Source: an uncultured Clostridia bacterium
GTDB lineage: Bacteria; Bacillota; Clostridia; TANB77; CAG-508
Assembly: GCA_944388735.1 (NCBI GenBank)
Contig: CALXJX010000002.1
Location: forward strand, 2,480 to 66,479
DNA: 64,000 nt
Reading direction: 5' to 3'
Of this stretch, positions 1 through 12,128 are shown piece by piece (within the stretch, counting starts at the first letter, position 1; the number at the start of each line of letters is the position of its first letter). Under the pieces are notes generated by a model. That model was not told the DNA's origin. It was given only the letters and a program-made list of their open reading frames with translations, and ran no database searches. The position numbers and the translations under genes are program-made.

Positions 1-249
1 CGTAAATTATAAAAAACTTCAATTGGTTCGGCAGAATTAATATGATATGTTTCTGTACCTTTATACATCATATATTCCCCAAAACAAAAAATCTGTGTTC
101 CTGCTAAAAGAGCACTTTTAGGTCTTCGTGCTCCTTTAGCAACACAAGAAATTTTTCCGGGCTCCTGGTGTTAGCATTGTAAGCATTTTGTCAAAATCCC
201 CCATATTGTTTTCAGATAATATTAGTCCGCTCATCTTTACACTTGGCAT
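1..249 (-). pseudogene. recO: DNA repair protein RecO, N-terminal part (gene runs off the window start). A 1-nt insertion near 158 shifts the frame.
   Basis: Minus-strand translation from the ATG at 249 gives MPSVKMSGLILSENNMGDFDKMLTMLTPGA, then a stop. Removing one C from gga gcc [c] gga restores ...GKISCVAKGARRPKSALLAGTQIFCFGEY..., a typical RecO N-terminus. Conserved position downstream of era and yqzL. Confidence 0.6.
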
Positions 250-361
250 TTTGTTATTTCCACCTTTATTGCTATATCTTATTATTTATAATTATTTTTC
301 ACTTATAACGACACGAAAAATTACATAGTAATTTTTCTGTGCAATAAGATTTTTTAAAAAT

Positions 362-547
362 TTAAAATCTGTTGATGTCTTCGTTTTTTACTATCTTATC
401 ATTATTATAGTTATTTTGTAAATTATTAATTGAAAAATTATTAGTTTGTTTCATTTCATTTTCTATCTGTTCTATCTGTTTTAATTCCAAAAAAGTATTT
501 ATATCTCCTGTATTTTTAAAGGTATCCCATGCTATTTTTTTAATCAT
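362..547 (-). CDS. YqzL-like small protein
   Basis: The ORF contains KKIAWDTFKNTGDINTFLELKQIE, which matches the YqzL family motif. Start chosen at ATG 547, which has AGGAG placed 8 nt upstream. It lies between era and recO as in Bacillus. Confidence 0.45.
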   Translation of the reverse strand: MIKKIAWDTFKNTGDINTFLELKQIEQIENEMKQTNNFSINNLQNNYNNDKIVKNEDINRF

Positions 548-706
548 AAAATCATCTCCTCTTAAAGTTTTACCTTTAATTTTATCTTTTGCATTTTTAA
601 AAAATTTATTCATTCTATTCCATTTTAAATTAATCTTGAATAGAAAATTTATCAAAATCAAATTAAAATTAAAGATTAAATAATCTATAAATCACATTTA
701 TGTTTC

Positions 707-1621
707 TTATTTCAACTTAAATTGATTAACAATTGTTGGATTATCAATCCAGTCCTCTTTAACTTTTACCCAAGTTTTTAAATTAATTTTTACGCCAAAG
801 TTTTGCTCCATATCTATTCTTGCTGCTCTTCCTATTTTCTTTAACATTTCTCCATTTTTTCCTATAATTATGCCTTTATGAGAATCTCGTAAGCAATAAA
901 TTGTTGCATCAATATCATAAATATCTTCACCTTGCTTATTTTTTCTTGATTTTAATTTTTCAACTTCGACTAATATTCCATGAGGCACTTCATCTTGCAA
1001 AAGTTTTAATGCCTTCTCTCTTATTGTTTCTTCTGCAAGTTGTCTTATTGTTTGATCTGTATATTCTTCTATATCATAATATGCAGGTCCTTCTTTTAAG
1101 TTCTTTTCTATTTCGTCTAATATAATTTCTCTATATTTACTATTTGTTGCTGATATGGGAATAACTGCTTCAAAATTATATTCTTTACTATAAATATCAA
1201 TCAAATTTAATAAACTTTCTCTTTTTACCAAGTCAATTTTATTAATAATTAATATTGTTTTTCTTTTAGCCTCTTTTATTTTTTCTAATATTAGTCTATC
1301 TCCTTTTCCTATTTCGTGGCTTGTTGCTTCGATTAAAAAAAGGATTATATCACTATCTGGTATTGTCGCAAATGATGTTTCTACCATTGTTTCATTTAGT
1401 TTATGCTTTGGTTTGTGTATCCCTGGAGTATCTATGAATATTATTTGTGAGTTTTTTCTGTTTACTATTCCCTTTATTGCTGTTCTTGTTGTTTGTACTT
1501 TGTTTGCTATTGCTGCTACTTTTTCTCCAACAAGCAAGTTTAATAGTGTTGATTTTCCTACATTTGTTCTTCCTATTAGTGTTACAAATCCTGATTTGAA
1601 TTCTTCCATTTTTGTTTTCAT
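707..1621 (-). CDS. era: GTPase Era
   Basis: G1 motif GRTNVGKST, G3 DTPG, G4 NKID, and a C-terminal KH domain. Start trimmed to the MKTK Met. Confidence 0.9.
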   Translation of the reverse strand: MKTKMEEFKSGFVTLIGRTNVGKSTLLNLLVGEKVAAIANKVQTTRTAIKGIVNRKNSQIIFIDTPGIHKPKHKLNETMVETSFATIPDSDIILFLIEATSHEIGKGDRLILEKIKEAKRKTILIINKIDLVKRESLLNLIDIYSKEYNFEAVIPISATNSKYREIILDEIEKNLKEGPAYYDIEEYTDQTIRQLAEETIREKALKLLQDEVPHGILVEVEKLKSRKNKQGEDIYDIDATIYCLRDSHKGIIIGKNGEMLKKIGRAARIDMEQNFGVKINLKTWVKVKEDWIDNPTIVNQFKLK

Positions 1622-1726
1622 TCCCTTCTCTTTTATTTGTGTTCTTTTTTTCTTTTCTATATTATACACTATTTTTTTGCTAAATTTGTAGAATTTGAAA
1701 ATTTTTTTATTTTTTGTTTAATTTGC

Positions 1727-1795
1727 CTAATGGGACGGGTTCGTTTGGCAATTTTTTGCCAAAAGGGACAGGTTCGTTTGGCACAAAATTGGCAT
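1727..1795. repeat. Intergenic repeat, family C (two tandem GGGACnGGTTCGTTTGGCA units around a TTGGCAA-TTTTT-TGCCAA palindrome)
   Basis: Related copies at 16664-16760, 24139-24194 (reverse orientation), 59900-59947, and more distantly at 51085-51150, 30775-30800 and 6725-6760. Confidence 0.5.
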
Positions 1796-1914
1796 TATAA
1801 AATTGTAGAAAAAAATATAGGAAAACGACATCTTTTCTTTGTCATTTTCCTACAAAAATTATATCATTTTCTTTTATACTTTCTACAAAAAACATTTCTT
1901 TTAAAAATATAAAA

Positions 1915-2100
1915 CCCCGCCTTAGCCGTCAGCTCCGTGAATTTTTAAGGACCTGTTCCTAAAAACAGGTGGGTGACTACCAAAATACTCATGGGCTTCT
2001 CACAATTCAAACGGTGAGCATGCACGCCATATTTTGAGATTGTCCCCTCTTAATGTGTGTTGGTTCTAAAAATTCTGCCATTACGCACTACGCAGGGAAA
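1915..2100. ncRNA. Candidate structured small RNA (GC-rich island, class unassigned)
   Basis: About 185 nt at roughly 45% GC inside an approximately 25% GC intergenic region, with no ORF. Several local hairpins are visible (cctgtt/aacagg, ctcac/gtgag). Strand and class could not be assigned. Confidence 0.25.
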
Positions 2101-2335
2101 TTAAAAACTATTTAATTCTTTTTTAAGACTTCTCTTAAGTTATTTATATCTTAGCACATCTTTTTTTTGTTTACAAATTTTATTTTTTTCTTAAATTTTG
2201 TCTTTTCCTAATTTATTATAGTATATCTCCTTTTTTCATATATTATTCTCACTTTATCAACGTTTTTATTACTTGCATTTTATAGAAATATATGCTAAAC
2301 TTAATATATATTATACATTATACAATACATCCTAA

Positions 2336-2362
2336 CGCAAGCTTTTAAAGCTTGCGTTTTTA
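2336..2362 (+). terminator. Rho-independent terminator hairpin
   Basis: acgcaagc-ttttaa-agcttgcgt stem followed by TTTTTATT. Confidence 0.4.
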
Positions 2363-2472
2363 TTGTATAAAAATTTCATATATGTCTGTTGATATCTTTA
2401 ACATCGTTAATGTACTATTTTCTTAAAGTCTAAATTATCATAACTGTATTGTGAAAATGGATGTATAACTTT

Positions 2473-3147
2473 TTACATTACGTATAATAAAATACATAAA
2501 AATTGCAATAGACTTCCTAGCAATATAAATAAATGAAATATTGAATGTGCATATTTATGTTTTTTTCCTATACCATATAAAACAGCACCAATAGTATATG
2601 CTATACCTCCTGCTAATAATAATATAAATCCTGGCATTCCTAAAAGTTCTGGCAATAAATTAATTTTTATTATAATACACCAGCCCATTATTAAATAGCA
2701 TATCATTGAAAATACTTTGAATTTTTTTATGTCTATAGAATTTAGTACAATTCCTAATATTGCTACTCCCCATATTATCCCAAATATTGTCCAACCTATT
2801 ATAGGATTATCTTCTCTTAGCGTGCACAATGCAAATGGTGTATATGAACCCGCAATTAATAGAAATATAGAACAATGATCTAATACTTGAAATACTCTTT
2901 TTGAATATCTTTTTGGACTAAGTCCATGATATATACTTGACATTGTATATAAAATTATCATTGTAACACCATAAATTGCTCCACTTACAACACCATATAC
3001 ATTTCCATTAATTGCTGCAAATACAATACATAGTACTGTCGCAACTACTCCTAGTACCGCTCCAACTATATGTGATGTCATATTAAATATTTCTTCTCCT
3101 TTTGTATAAGTAGGTAATATTCTATCTTTTAATTTTATTCTCTCCAT
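2473..3147 (-). CDS. Hemolysin III family membrane protein (PAQR/YqfA-like)
   Basis: Seven predicted TM segments with conserved His-containing motifs (SSIYHG, HxxxH) typical of the HlyIII family. Confidence 0.75.
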   Translation of the reverse strand: MERIKLKDRILPTYTKGEEIFNMTSHIVGAVLGVVATVLCIVFAAINGNVYGVVSGAIYGVTMIILYTMSSIYHGLSPKRYSKRVFQVLDHCSIFLLIAGSYTPFALCTLREDNPIIGWTIFGIIWGVAILGIVLNSIDIKKFKVFSMICYLIMGWCIIIKINLLPELLGMPGFILLLAGGIAYTIGAVLYGIGKKHKYAHSIFHLFILLGSLLQFLCILLYVM

Positions 3148-3338
3148 TTCTATCTCCTCCTAAAGAGCAAATCTAAATATAATTTATTTTTCATTTTGCC
3201 AATTATACCACAGTTTTTTTGTCCCTTCAATATTTTTTGTTTAGTCATAACTTAAAATGTGTAACACTTCAAGGGTCAATGAATTTTAACTCAAATGTAA
3301 CCGTTCAGATGTTGAAGTGGATAACTTTTCGAATTGAC

Positions 3339-4313
3339 TTAGAATGTACTGTGGAGTATTTCGTTAAAATTAGTTACTAACTGAGCTCCTTGTTTTATTA
3401 AATTATTTGTTCCAATTGAATTTATAGAATTAATATTTCCTGGAACCACATAAACATCTCTGCCTTGCTCTAAAGCATAATCTACTGTAATCAAACTTCC
3501 ACTTTTTTCTTTTGCTTCAATAACTAACACACCTTTACAAAGTCCACTAACAATTCTATTTCTAGCTGGAAAATTCATTTTTTCTGGTTTTGTTCCAAGT
3601 GGATATTCTGTAATAATTGCTCCACCTGATTTTATGATATATTCTGCCAGTTCTATATTTTCTGTTGGATAAATTGTATCTAATCCATTTCCCAAAACTG
3701 CTATTGTTTTTCCACAATTTATTTTTTGTTCATAGTTATCCACAACATTTTTTGTGTTAGGCTGTGGATAACTTTTATTATGTGGATACTTATCCTCGTT
3801 TTCAGAACATATTGCTCCTATATGTGAATAACTATCCACTCCTCTAGCTAATCCACTTATTATATTTATACCTTTTCTAGCTAAATTATATGCAAAATAC
3901 TTAGCGGCTTTTTTGCCATAATTACTTGCTTCTCTACATCCTACTATTGCTATACTTCTATCTCTTAATATTTCTTTATTGCCTTTTATATATAAACTTA
4001 TAGGATAATCATATATCTCTTTTAATATTTCTGGATATTCTCTATCCACAATTGATATTATATCTATTTGATTTTTCCACAGATATTCTATATGTTTATC
4101 CACAACTCGCTTAGTATTATTATCTAAAATTGCATTTACTAATGTTTCTCCTATCCCTTCTACTTTTAATAATTCTTCCTCACTTGTATAATATATCTTT
4201 TCTGGTTTTTTTAATTTTTTAAGCAGCCTCTGTTTTTTTATGCTACCCAGCCCTTGAATCAAAGATAACCATATCCAGTATCTTTTTCTTTCTAAAGCAT
4301 CTCTTTCTATCAT
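3339..4313 (-). CDS. dprA: DNA processing protein DprA (Smf)
   Basis: Rossmann-like DprA core (IVGCREASNYG..., GLARGVD, GAIITEYPLGT) with an N-terminal SAM-like domain. Confidence 0.85.
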   Translation of the reverse strand: MIERDALERKRYWIWLSLIQGLGSIKKQRLLKKLKKPEKIYYTSEEELLKVEGIGETLVNAILDNNTKRVVDKHIEYLWKNQIDIISIVDREYPEILKEIYDYPISLYIKGNKEILRDRSIAIVGCREASNYGKKAAKYFAYNLARKGINIISGLARGVDSYSHIGAICSENEDKYPHNKSYPQPNTKNVVDNYEQKINCGKTIAVLGNGLDTIYPTENIELAEYIIKSGGAIITEYPLGTKPEKMNFPARNRIVSGLCKGVLVIEAKEKSGSLITVDYALEQGRDVYVVPGNINSINSIGTNNLIKQGAQLVTNFNEILHSTF

Positions 4314-4497
4314 ATTCTCTCCTCTCTTAAAATCAAATTAAATTCATAATATCTTTTATTTTGTAACATTTCAGGGGTCACTGGCAAATGAAATGTTGTT
4401 TTTTTGTTGAATAGGAAAAATCAATTTTTCCTATTCAACGAAAAAGAGCATTATAAATAATGCCCCTAACTTTTTTATTTATTTTAACGACCAAACT

Positions 4498-5352
4498 TTA
4501 ATTATTTTTGTTTTGTAACCTTGCAGCTTTTATTACATTATTCATTAGCATAGCAATTGTCATTGGTCCAACTCCACCAGGAACAGGTGTAATATATCCT
4601 GCTACATCTTTTACATTTTCAAAATCCACATCACCTGTTAACTTTCCTTCATCTGTTCTATTAATGCCTACATCAATTATCACTGCTCCGTCCTTTATCA
4701 TTTCTTTTTTTACAAAATTTGCTTTGCCTATTGCAACTATTAATATATCTGCTTTTTTTGTGTGTTCCTCTAAGTTCTCAGTTTTTGAATGACACACAGT
4801 AACAGTTGCATTTCTATTTAAGCAACATGCTATAAGAGGTTTTCCTACAATATTACTTCTGCCTAGGATAACAACATGTTTACCATTTAAATCAATATTA
4901 TATTCTGCAAATAATTTCATTATTCCGTAAGGTGTACATGATACAAATGTATCTTGATTCAAAATTAATTTCCCTACATTTGCAGGATGAAATCCGTCAA
5001 CATCTTTTTCTGGTGATATTTTTCTGAATGCTTCATTTATATCCAAATGATTTGGTATTGGACTTTGAAGTAATATTCCATTAATATCTTTCCTATTATT
5101 TAAATCTTCAATTAATTCAATTAATTTTTCTTGCGTTATTTCACTTTTTAAGAAATATTCTTCATATTCAATACCAATTTCTTGGCAGGCTTTATTTTTA
5201 TTTCTTACATATACTTTTGATGCAGGATTATCTCCAACCATTATTACTGCTAATTTTGGTATGATTCCTTGTTTTTTTATTTCTTCACATTCTTCTTTTA
5301 GTTCTTCTCTTATTTTTTGAGATACTTTTTTTCCATTGATAATTGTTGTCAT
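4498..5352 (-). CDS. folD: Bifunctional methylenetetrahydrofolate dehydrogenase/cyclohydrolase FolD
   Basis: Full-length FolD signature (VGDNPASKVYVRNK, DVDGFHP, GRSNIVGKP, TPVPGGVGPMT). Confidence 0.92.
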   Translation of the reverse strand: MTTIINGKKVSQKIREELKEECEEIKKQGIIPKLAVIMVGDNPASKVYVRNKNKACQEIGIEYEEYFLKSEITQEKLIELIEDLNNRKDINGILLQSPIPNHLDINEAFRKISPEKDVDGFHPANVGKLILNQDTFVSCTPYGIMKLFAEYNIDLNGKHVVILGRSNIVGKPLIACCLNRNATVTVCHSKTENLEEHTKKADILIVAIGKANFVKKEMIKDGAVIIDVGINRTDEGKLTGDVDFENVKDVAGYITPVPGGVGPMTIAMLMNNVIKAARLQNKNN

Positions 5353-5446
5353 CTTTTACCACATTCCTTTATTATTAAACAAACATTAATACATTTAGTT
5401 CTCAATTTTTCTCAATCCCAAGTTCTGTCTCAGTATATCATACAAT

Positions 5447-5707
5447 TTATTTTAAATCAATTGTATTTATATCACTCGCTACTTTATATTCAATATCTTC
5501 AAAATATGGGAACATTTCTTTAACTCTCTTTAATGTTAACATTAACATTCTTGGCTGTGGATTCTTTTTATGTTCAGATAATAGCTTCTGAGTATAGCAA
5601 TTATCCGCAGTTTTAAATAAAACATATCTGTTTCCCACATACGTATAATATATTTGATATCCATTTTTTAAATCTAACCACATTTTTTCAAACGTATAAT
5701 TTTCCAC
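5447..5707 (-). CDS. Hypothetical small protein
   Basis: 86-aa ORF with no recognisable family. Confidence 0.35.
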   Translation of the reverse strand: MENYTFEKMWLDLKNGYQIYYTYVGNRYVLFKTADNCYTQKLLSEHKKNPQPRMLMLTLKRVKEMFPYFEDIEYKVASDINTIDLK

Positions 5708-5793
5708 TTTTTCACCCCTCTTGGAACATCACACAAAAAATTCCTCTTTTATCTTATGGAACAAGTTTCATGTCCAAAGTTTTTCTTCCATTT

Positions 5794-6624
5794 TTATATT
5801 ATAACATTTTCATCTAGTGAACTTATACTATTTTCTTGTTCTTCATTTTTTCTTTCTTTTTCCAATTCATTAGTCTGTTTTTCTGAAAAGTCTTTTTGTT
5901 CTTCTAAACTAATTCCAGCATCTAGCCTTTCTATAAATTCTTCTCTTTTCGTTTTTTCCTCTTGCTCTTCTTCATTTTGTTGTTCATTTGCTCTTCTTTC
6001 AGATAAGTTTTGTAACAGATACTGTTCATATTCACTTAATAGTTCTTCTTTTAAGGAATCACTATCTTTTTCCAATACTTCATAAATTTTTTCTTGATTT
6101 CTACTTACATAATATCTTATAAAATCCTGCACATTTTGATTTATTTGTTCTATTCTATCCATACTAAAGCCATTCGAATCCAAAATCCTATTCTGTCTAG
6201 ATTGCACGTCTTTTAAAGTTTCTTCCATTGCTGTTATTATATTTGCTGTCATTTCTTGATTTTTCGAATCTATTTGATTGATTTCTTCTCTATACCCTTC
6301 TTGCCTATTTTTATCATTTTCTAATGTTTCTATATCTTCTAAATTTCCTTCAATTCTTCTAACTATATCTTGTACTTGTTCCATTTGAGCCTCTTTACGT
6401 TTTTCTCCTAAGTTTTCATTAATATAAAATTTAATATATTCTAAATTTCCCTGCATATATTCTTGAATACTTAGGTTATTGCAAGCCATATTATTGTATC
6501 TATTCAACACTCCTTCAAAAGATTCTTTAACAATTCCATATATTTCAGCTGGCATTTCCTCTCTATATATAACTTTTCTCATCATTGCAATCTTTAATTC
6601 TTCCATTTTTTCAAACTTATCCAT
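5794..6624 (-). CDS. Hypothetical coiled-coil protein (E/Q/K-rich)
   Basis: 276-aa ORF with heptad-like charged low-complexity sequence and an acidic C-terminal half. Confidence 0.45.
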   Translation of the reverse strand: MDKFEKMEELKIAMMRKVIYREEMPAEIYGIVKESFEGVLNRYNNMACNNLSIQEYMQGNLEYIKFYINENLGEKRKEAQMEQVQDIVRRIEGNLEDIETLENDKNRQEGYREEINQIDSKNQEMTANIITAMEETLKDVQSRQNRILDSNGFSMDRIEQINQNVQDFIRYYVSRNQEKIYEVLEKDSDSLKEELLSEYEQYLLQNLSERRANEQQNEEEQEEKTKREEFIERLDAGISLEEQKDFSEKQTNELEKERKNEEQENSISSLDENVII

Positions 6625-6737
6625 TCTTTGTCCTTTCTCTTAATATAATTCTAATATTTCATCATTTATTAATTCCAAACAATAAAATTCCGTATATATC
6701 AATACTTATCGTCTTTTTCGAAACGTTTTGGCGTGTC

Positions 6738-8954
<2,217 letters not shown>

Positions 8955-8981
8955 TTGAACTTTGAAGAACGTCCCCAAATT

Positions 8982-10226
8982 TCATTGTCTTTCCCAATAT
9001 TTTTCATATAATTCTTTAGCCGTCTTTGGACTATCAACCCCATCTTTATTCTTTACCGGAGCAAAATCATCCTCTCTTTTTCCTCTTAATATAGCAATAT
9101 CATCAAAAAACTCAAAAGCATCAAATATAAATGACTCAAATTTGTATGAATTAGGTTCTTCTGGTATTATTTCTTTACCCTCTTCATCTATGTATGAATT
9201 TTTCTTAAATGCACTGTGATACATTAGAGGTTCTTTGCTTACTTTTTCAATAGCATCTATTGTAAACAAATTACACATGATATGTGATTCTCCATATTTA
9301 AGTTCTCCACTTGAATCTACTTCTTCTGCCATTTTTTCTGGAAGTTCAGAATATTCTATAACCTTTGGATGACCATTCATCTTGCAGAATACTCCTACTC
9401 TTTCTTGTGGATTTGCCTTTACAACTGATTTTGATGCAATTTGTACTTCTTTTTTTATTGCCATCCCTAATAATGTGACATCTGCCATTTTTAATAAGGC
9501 ATTATCTACTCCCCCAATAAAAATCCATTTTATATTTCTTTCTTTCATATTTGCAAGCATTCCTGTTGCTCTTAATGATGAGAATACTCCTCCATTTCCG
9601 TCTGAAGCTTCTTTGATTTTCATATCTTTACCTATAAGAAGTTTTCCTTCTGTATCTACTAACGGTAATTCTCCTTGCATAAATAGCATTACATTTTCTT
9701 CATCATATCCGAAATAATTATTTTTTTTCAAAAATGCTTCTGTTTCATCATTGTTTTCTTTACTAGTCATTATGTACCAAGGAATCGTCGTATCATACTT
9801 TTTATTTGCTTCTTTTAAATTTTCTGCCAATATTTCAAATAAATACTTTCCTTTTCCATATACATCTAATTTAAATGTTCCCTTTGGTCCCGGATATCCT
9901 AGTCTTGTTCCTTGACCTCCAGCCATAGTAACAACAGCATATTGACCTTTCCTAATTATATCTTCACCTAAAGCATCAAATTCTTCTCTTTGTTCATATT
10001 TTAGTTTTGCTTTATCTAAATATGATATCTCTTCTATTTTATTTTCTTTTATCTCTATTTCCTTTTTAGTGTTGTCATATAATTCTTTTATCTGATGAAA
10101 GTCTATTTTTATAAGTTGCTCTATTAATTCTTCTTTCTTATTTCCTTTTAATTTTTCCAATAAATTTATTACATGTTCTTGGTTATATACTTTTAGTAAT
10201 TCCATTACATTTTGTGTTTTATCCAT
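8982..10226 (-). CDS. UDPGP-family sugar-1-phosphate uridylyltransferase (UDP-GlcNAc/UDP-Glc pyrophosphorylase-like)
   Basis: Signature MAGGQGTRLGYPGPKG and the eukaryotic-type UDPGP fold length. Confidence 0.72.
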   Translation of the reverse strand: MDKTQNVMELLKVYNQEHVINLLEKLKGNKKEELIEQLIKIDFHQIKELYDNTKKEIEIKENKIEEISYLDKAKLKYEQREEFDALGEDIIRKGQYAVVTMAGGQGTRLGYPGPKGTFKLDVYGKGKYLFEILAENLKEANKKYDTTIPWYIMTSKENNDETEAFLKKNNYFGYDEENVMLFMQGELPLVDTEGKLLIGKDMKIKEASDGNGGVFSSLRATGMLANMKERNIKWIFIGGVDNALLKMADVTLLGMAIKKEVQIASKSVVKANPQERVGVFCKMNGHPKVIEYSELPEKMAEEVDSSGELKYGESHIMCNLFTIDAIEKVSKEPLMYHSAFKKNSYIDEEGKEIIPEEPNSYKFESFIFDAFEFFDDIAILRGKREDDFAPVKNKDGVDSPKTAKELYEKYWERQ

Positions 10227-10422
10227 TTTTAGTACTCCCCTTTAGTTTTTATCTATTTAATATATTATATGTTTTTTATATAACATTGCTATTTTATCAC
10301 ATTTCCTTTTTGTTATCAAGTTTTTTGGAAAACTTGTCATATTTCAAAGTTCTTTTCAATATATATTAACTAAAGTAATCTGAGTACAAACATTTTTCTC
10401 GAAAATCAAAGGAGGTATATAG

Positions 10423-11901
10423 ATGGAAAATACAAGATTGTATCAAGACATCGCAAAAAGAACAGATGGAGATATCTATGTTGGAGTAGTTGGCCCTGTT
10501 AGGACTGGAAAATCTACTTTTATCAAAAAGTTCATGGATCTTTTAGTCATTCCTAACATAGACAATGAATACAAAAAAGAAAGAGCTAAAGATGAACTTC
10601 CACAAAGTGCTGGTGGAAAAACAATCATGACAACAGAGCCTAAATTTGTTCCTAATGAAGCAATTGAAATTACTTTAGATAATAATTTAAAATTCAAAAC
10701 AAGGTTGGTCGATTGCGTTGGATATTTAGTAGATAATGCTATCGGATATCTTGAAGATGATATGCCAAGAATGGTAAAAACACCATGGTCTGAAGAGGAA
10801 ATCCCATTTGAAAAAGCTGCTGAAATCGGAACTAAAAAAGTTATTGAAGAACATTCAACAATTGGAATTTTAGTAACAACTGACGGAACTATTACTGATA
10901 TTCCTAGAGAAGATTATATTAAAGCTGAAGAAAGAGTTGTAAATGAATTAAAGTCTTTAAATAAGCCTTTTGTTATTTTACTAAACTCCGAAGAGCCTAA
11001 TTCTACTTATACTAGAGAATTAGCAGATATTTTAAGCGATAAGTATAAAGCAACTGTAATCCCTACAAATTGTGAGTATTTAACAATTGATGATATCAAT
11101 AACATCTTTTCTAAGGTTTTATATGAATTTCCTGTTGAACAAATTTGTATTAAATTTCCAAGGTGGATTGACGGATTAGATTTTGAGCATCCTGTAAGAG
11201 CTGAATTATTAAAAGAAATTCGAGAGGCTTTCGAAAATATAAATGTTTTGAAAGATGTTTCCAGTTGCGTAGATTCGATCAGACAAACAGAAATTATTAG
11301 TAAAACATCTATTGCTGACATTCAATTGGGTTCTGGAAATGTAAATATAGATATTTCTTTAAAAGATGAATTGTTTTATAATGTACTTTCTGAAATTACT
11401 GGTGTTGATGTCAATAATGAAGGTGATTTATTTAGTATTATTTCTACTTTGTCAAAAACTAAGAAAAAATATGATAAAATCGCATCAGCACTAGATGAAG
11501 TTGATAGAAAAGGCTATGGTATTGTTACTCCTTCAATTGACGAATTAATCTTAGAAGAACCTGAAATGTTTAAGCAGGGTTCAAGATTTGGTGTAAAACT
11601 AAAAGCCATGGCACCTAGTATTCACCTTATTAAAACTAATGTTGCAACAGAAGTTTCTCCTATTGTTGGTTCAGAGAAACAATCAGAGGAATTAGTAAAT
11701 TACTTACTTTCTGAATTTGAAAATGATCCTAAAAAAATTTGGGAATCAAATATTTTTGGAAAAAATTTGCACGAACTTGTTAATGAAGGTCTACAAACTA
11801 AACTTGCTAAAATGCCTGAAGATGCTCAAATTAAATTGCAAGAAACTTTAGAAAGAATTGTTAACGAAGGTAGTGGTGGATTAATTTGTATTATTCTTTA
11901 A
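10423..11901 (+). CDS. spoIVA: Stage IV sporulation protein A (spore coat morphogenetic ATPase)
   Basis: N-terminal Walker A GPVRTGKST and a full-length 492-aa SpoIVA architecture. Upstream sequence resembles a sigma-E promoter (ATATATT ... GTACAAA). Confidence 0.92.
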   Translation: MENTRLYQDIAKRTDGDIYVGVVGPVRTGKSTFIKKFMDLLVIPNIDNEYKKERAKDELPQSAGGKTIMTTEPKFVPNEAIEITLDNNLKFKTRLVDCVGYLVDNAIGYLEDDMPRMVKTPWSEEEIPFEKAAEIGTKKVIEEHSTIGILVTTDGTITDIPREDYIKAEERVVNELKSLNKPFVILLNSEEPNSTYTRELADILSDKYKATVIPTNCEYLTIDDINNIFSKVLYEFPVEQICIKFPRWIDGLDFEHPVRAELLKEIREAFENINVLKDVSSCVDSIRQTEIISKTSIADIQLGSGNVNIDISLKDELFYNVLSEITGVDVNNEGDLFSIISTLSKTKKKYDKIASALDEVDRKGYGIVTPSIDELILEEPEMFKQGSRFGVKLKAMAPSIHLIKTNVATEVSPIVGSEKQSEELVNYLLSEFENDPKKIWESNIFGKNLHELVNEGLQTKLAKMPEDAQIKLQETLERIVNEGSGGLICIIL

Positions 11902-12107
11902 AATTGTGTGCATTCGTTGGAGCACAGCGACTTTTATACAATAGGAAAGGATAACTTTCCTATTGTATAACAAAATAAGGGCAAATCGGAAAGCCTTAAT
12001 ATTGTGCTAATTTTACCTTTCTTCGTTGGCTTTCCGTAAATTTGTTCTACACCAATTTTATGTAAATAAAATTGTGTTCATTCTCGCTGGAACACAGCGA
12101 CTTTTAT
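11901..12107. repeat. Composite intergenic repeat, family A (about 200 nt, with 36-bp direct terminal repeats)
   Basis: Begins aaattgtgtgcattcgttggagcacagcgactttta and ends aaattgtgttcattctcgctggaacacagcgactttta. Internal hairpins tacaataggaaag/ctttcctattgta and cggaaagcc/ggctttccg. Near-identical reverse-orientation copy at 31393-31553. Confidence 0.6.
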
Positions 12108-12128
12108 CTGTTTATATTTTGCTTTTGC

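Noticed and set aside
1783-1800. TGGCAC-N5-TTGC-like sequences in family C repeats that resemble sigma-54 -24/-12 promoter elements
   Set aside because: The -12 element (TTGCA) is absent or mis-spaced (TGGCACAAAATTGGC; TGGCAC-N9-TTTGCA). The motif is part of a dispersed palindromic repeat, and no sigma-54 activator context is present.
1915-2100. tmRNA, RNase P RNA or SRP RNA identity for the GC-rich island
   Set aside because: No tag-peptide ORF or tRNA-like 3' end, no AGGAAAGTCCGG P4 motif and no SRP domain IV consensus. It is kept only as an unclassified candidate sRNA.
10340-10420. Sigma-E promoter for spoIVA (ATATATT ... GTACAAA)
   Set aside because: Only a loose match to the sigma-E -35/-10 consensus, with uncertain spacing. 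It is mentioned in the evidence but not called as a feature.
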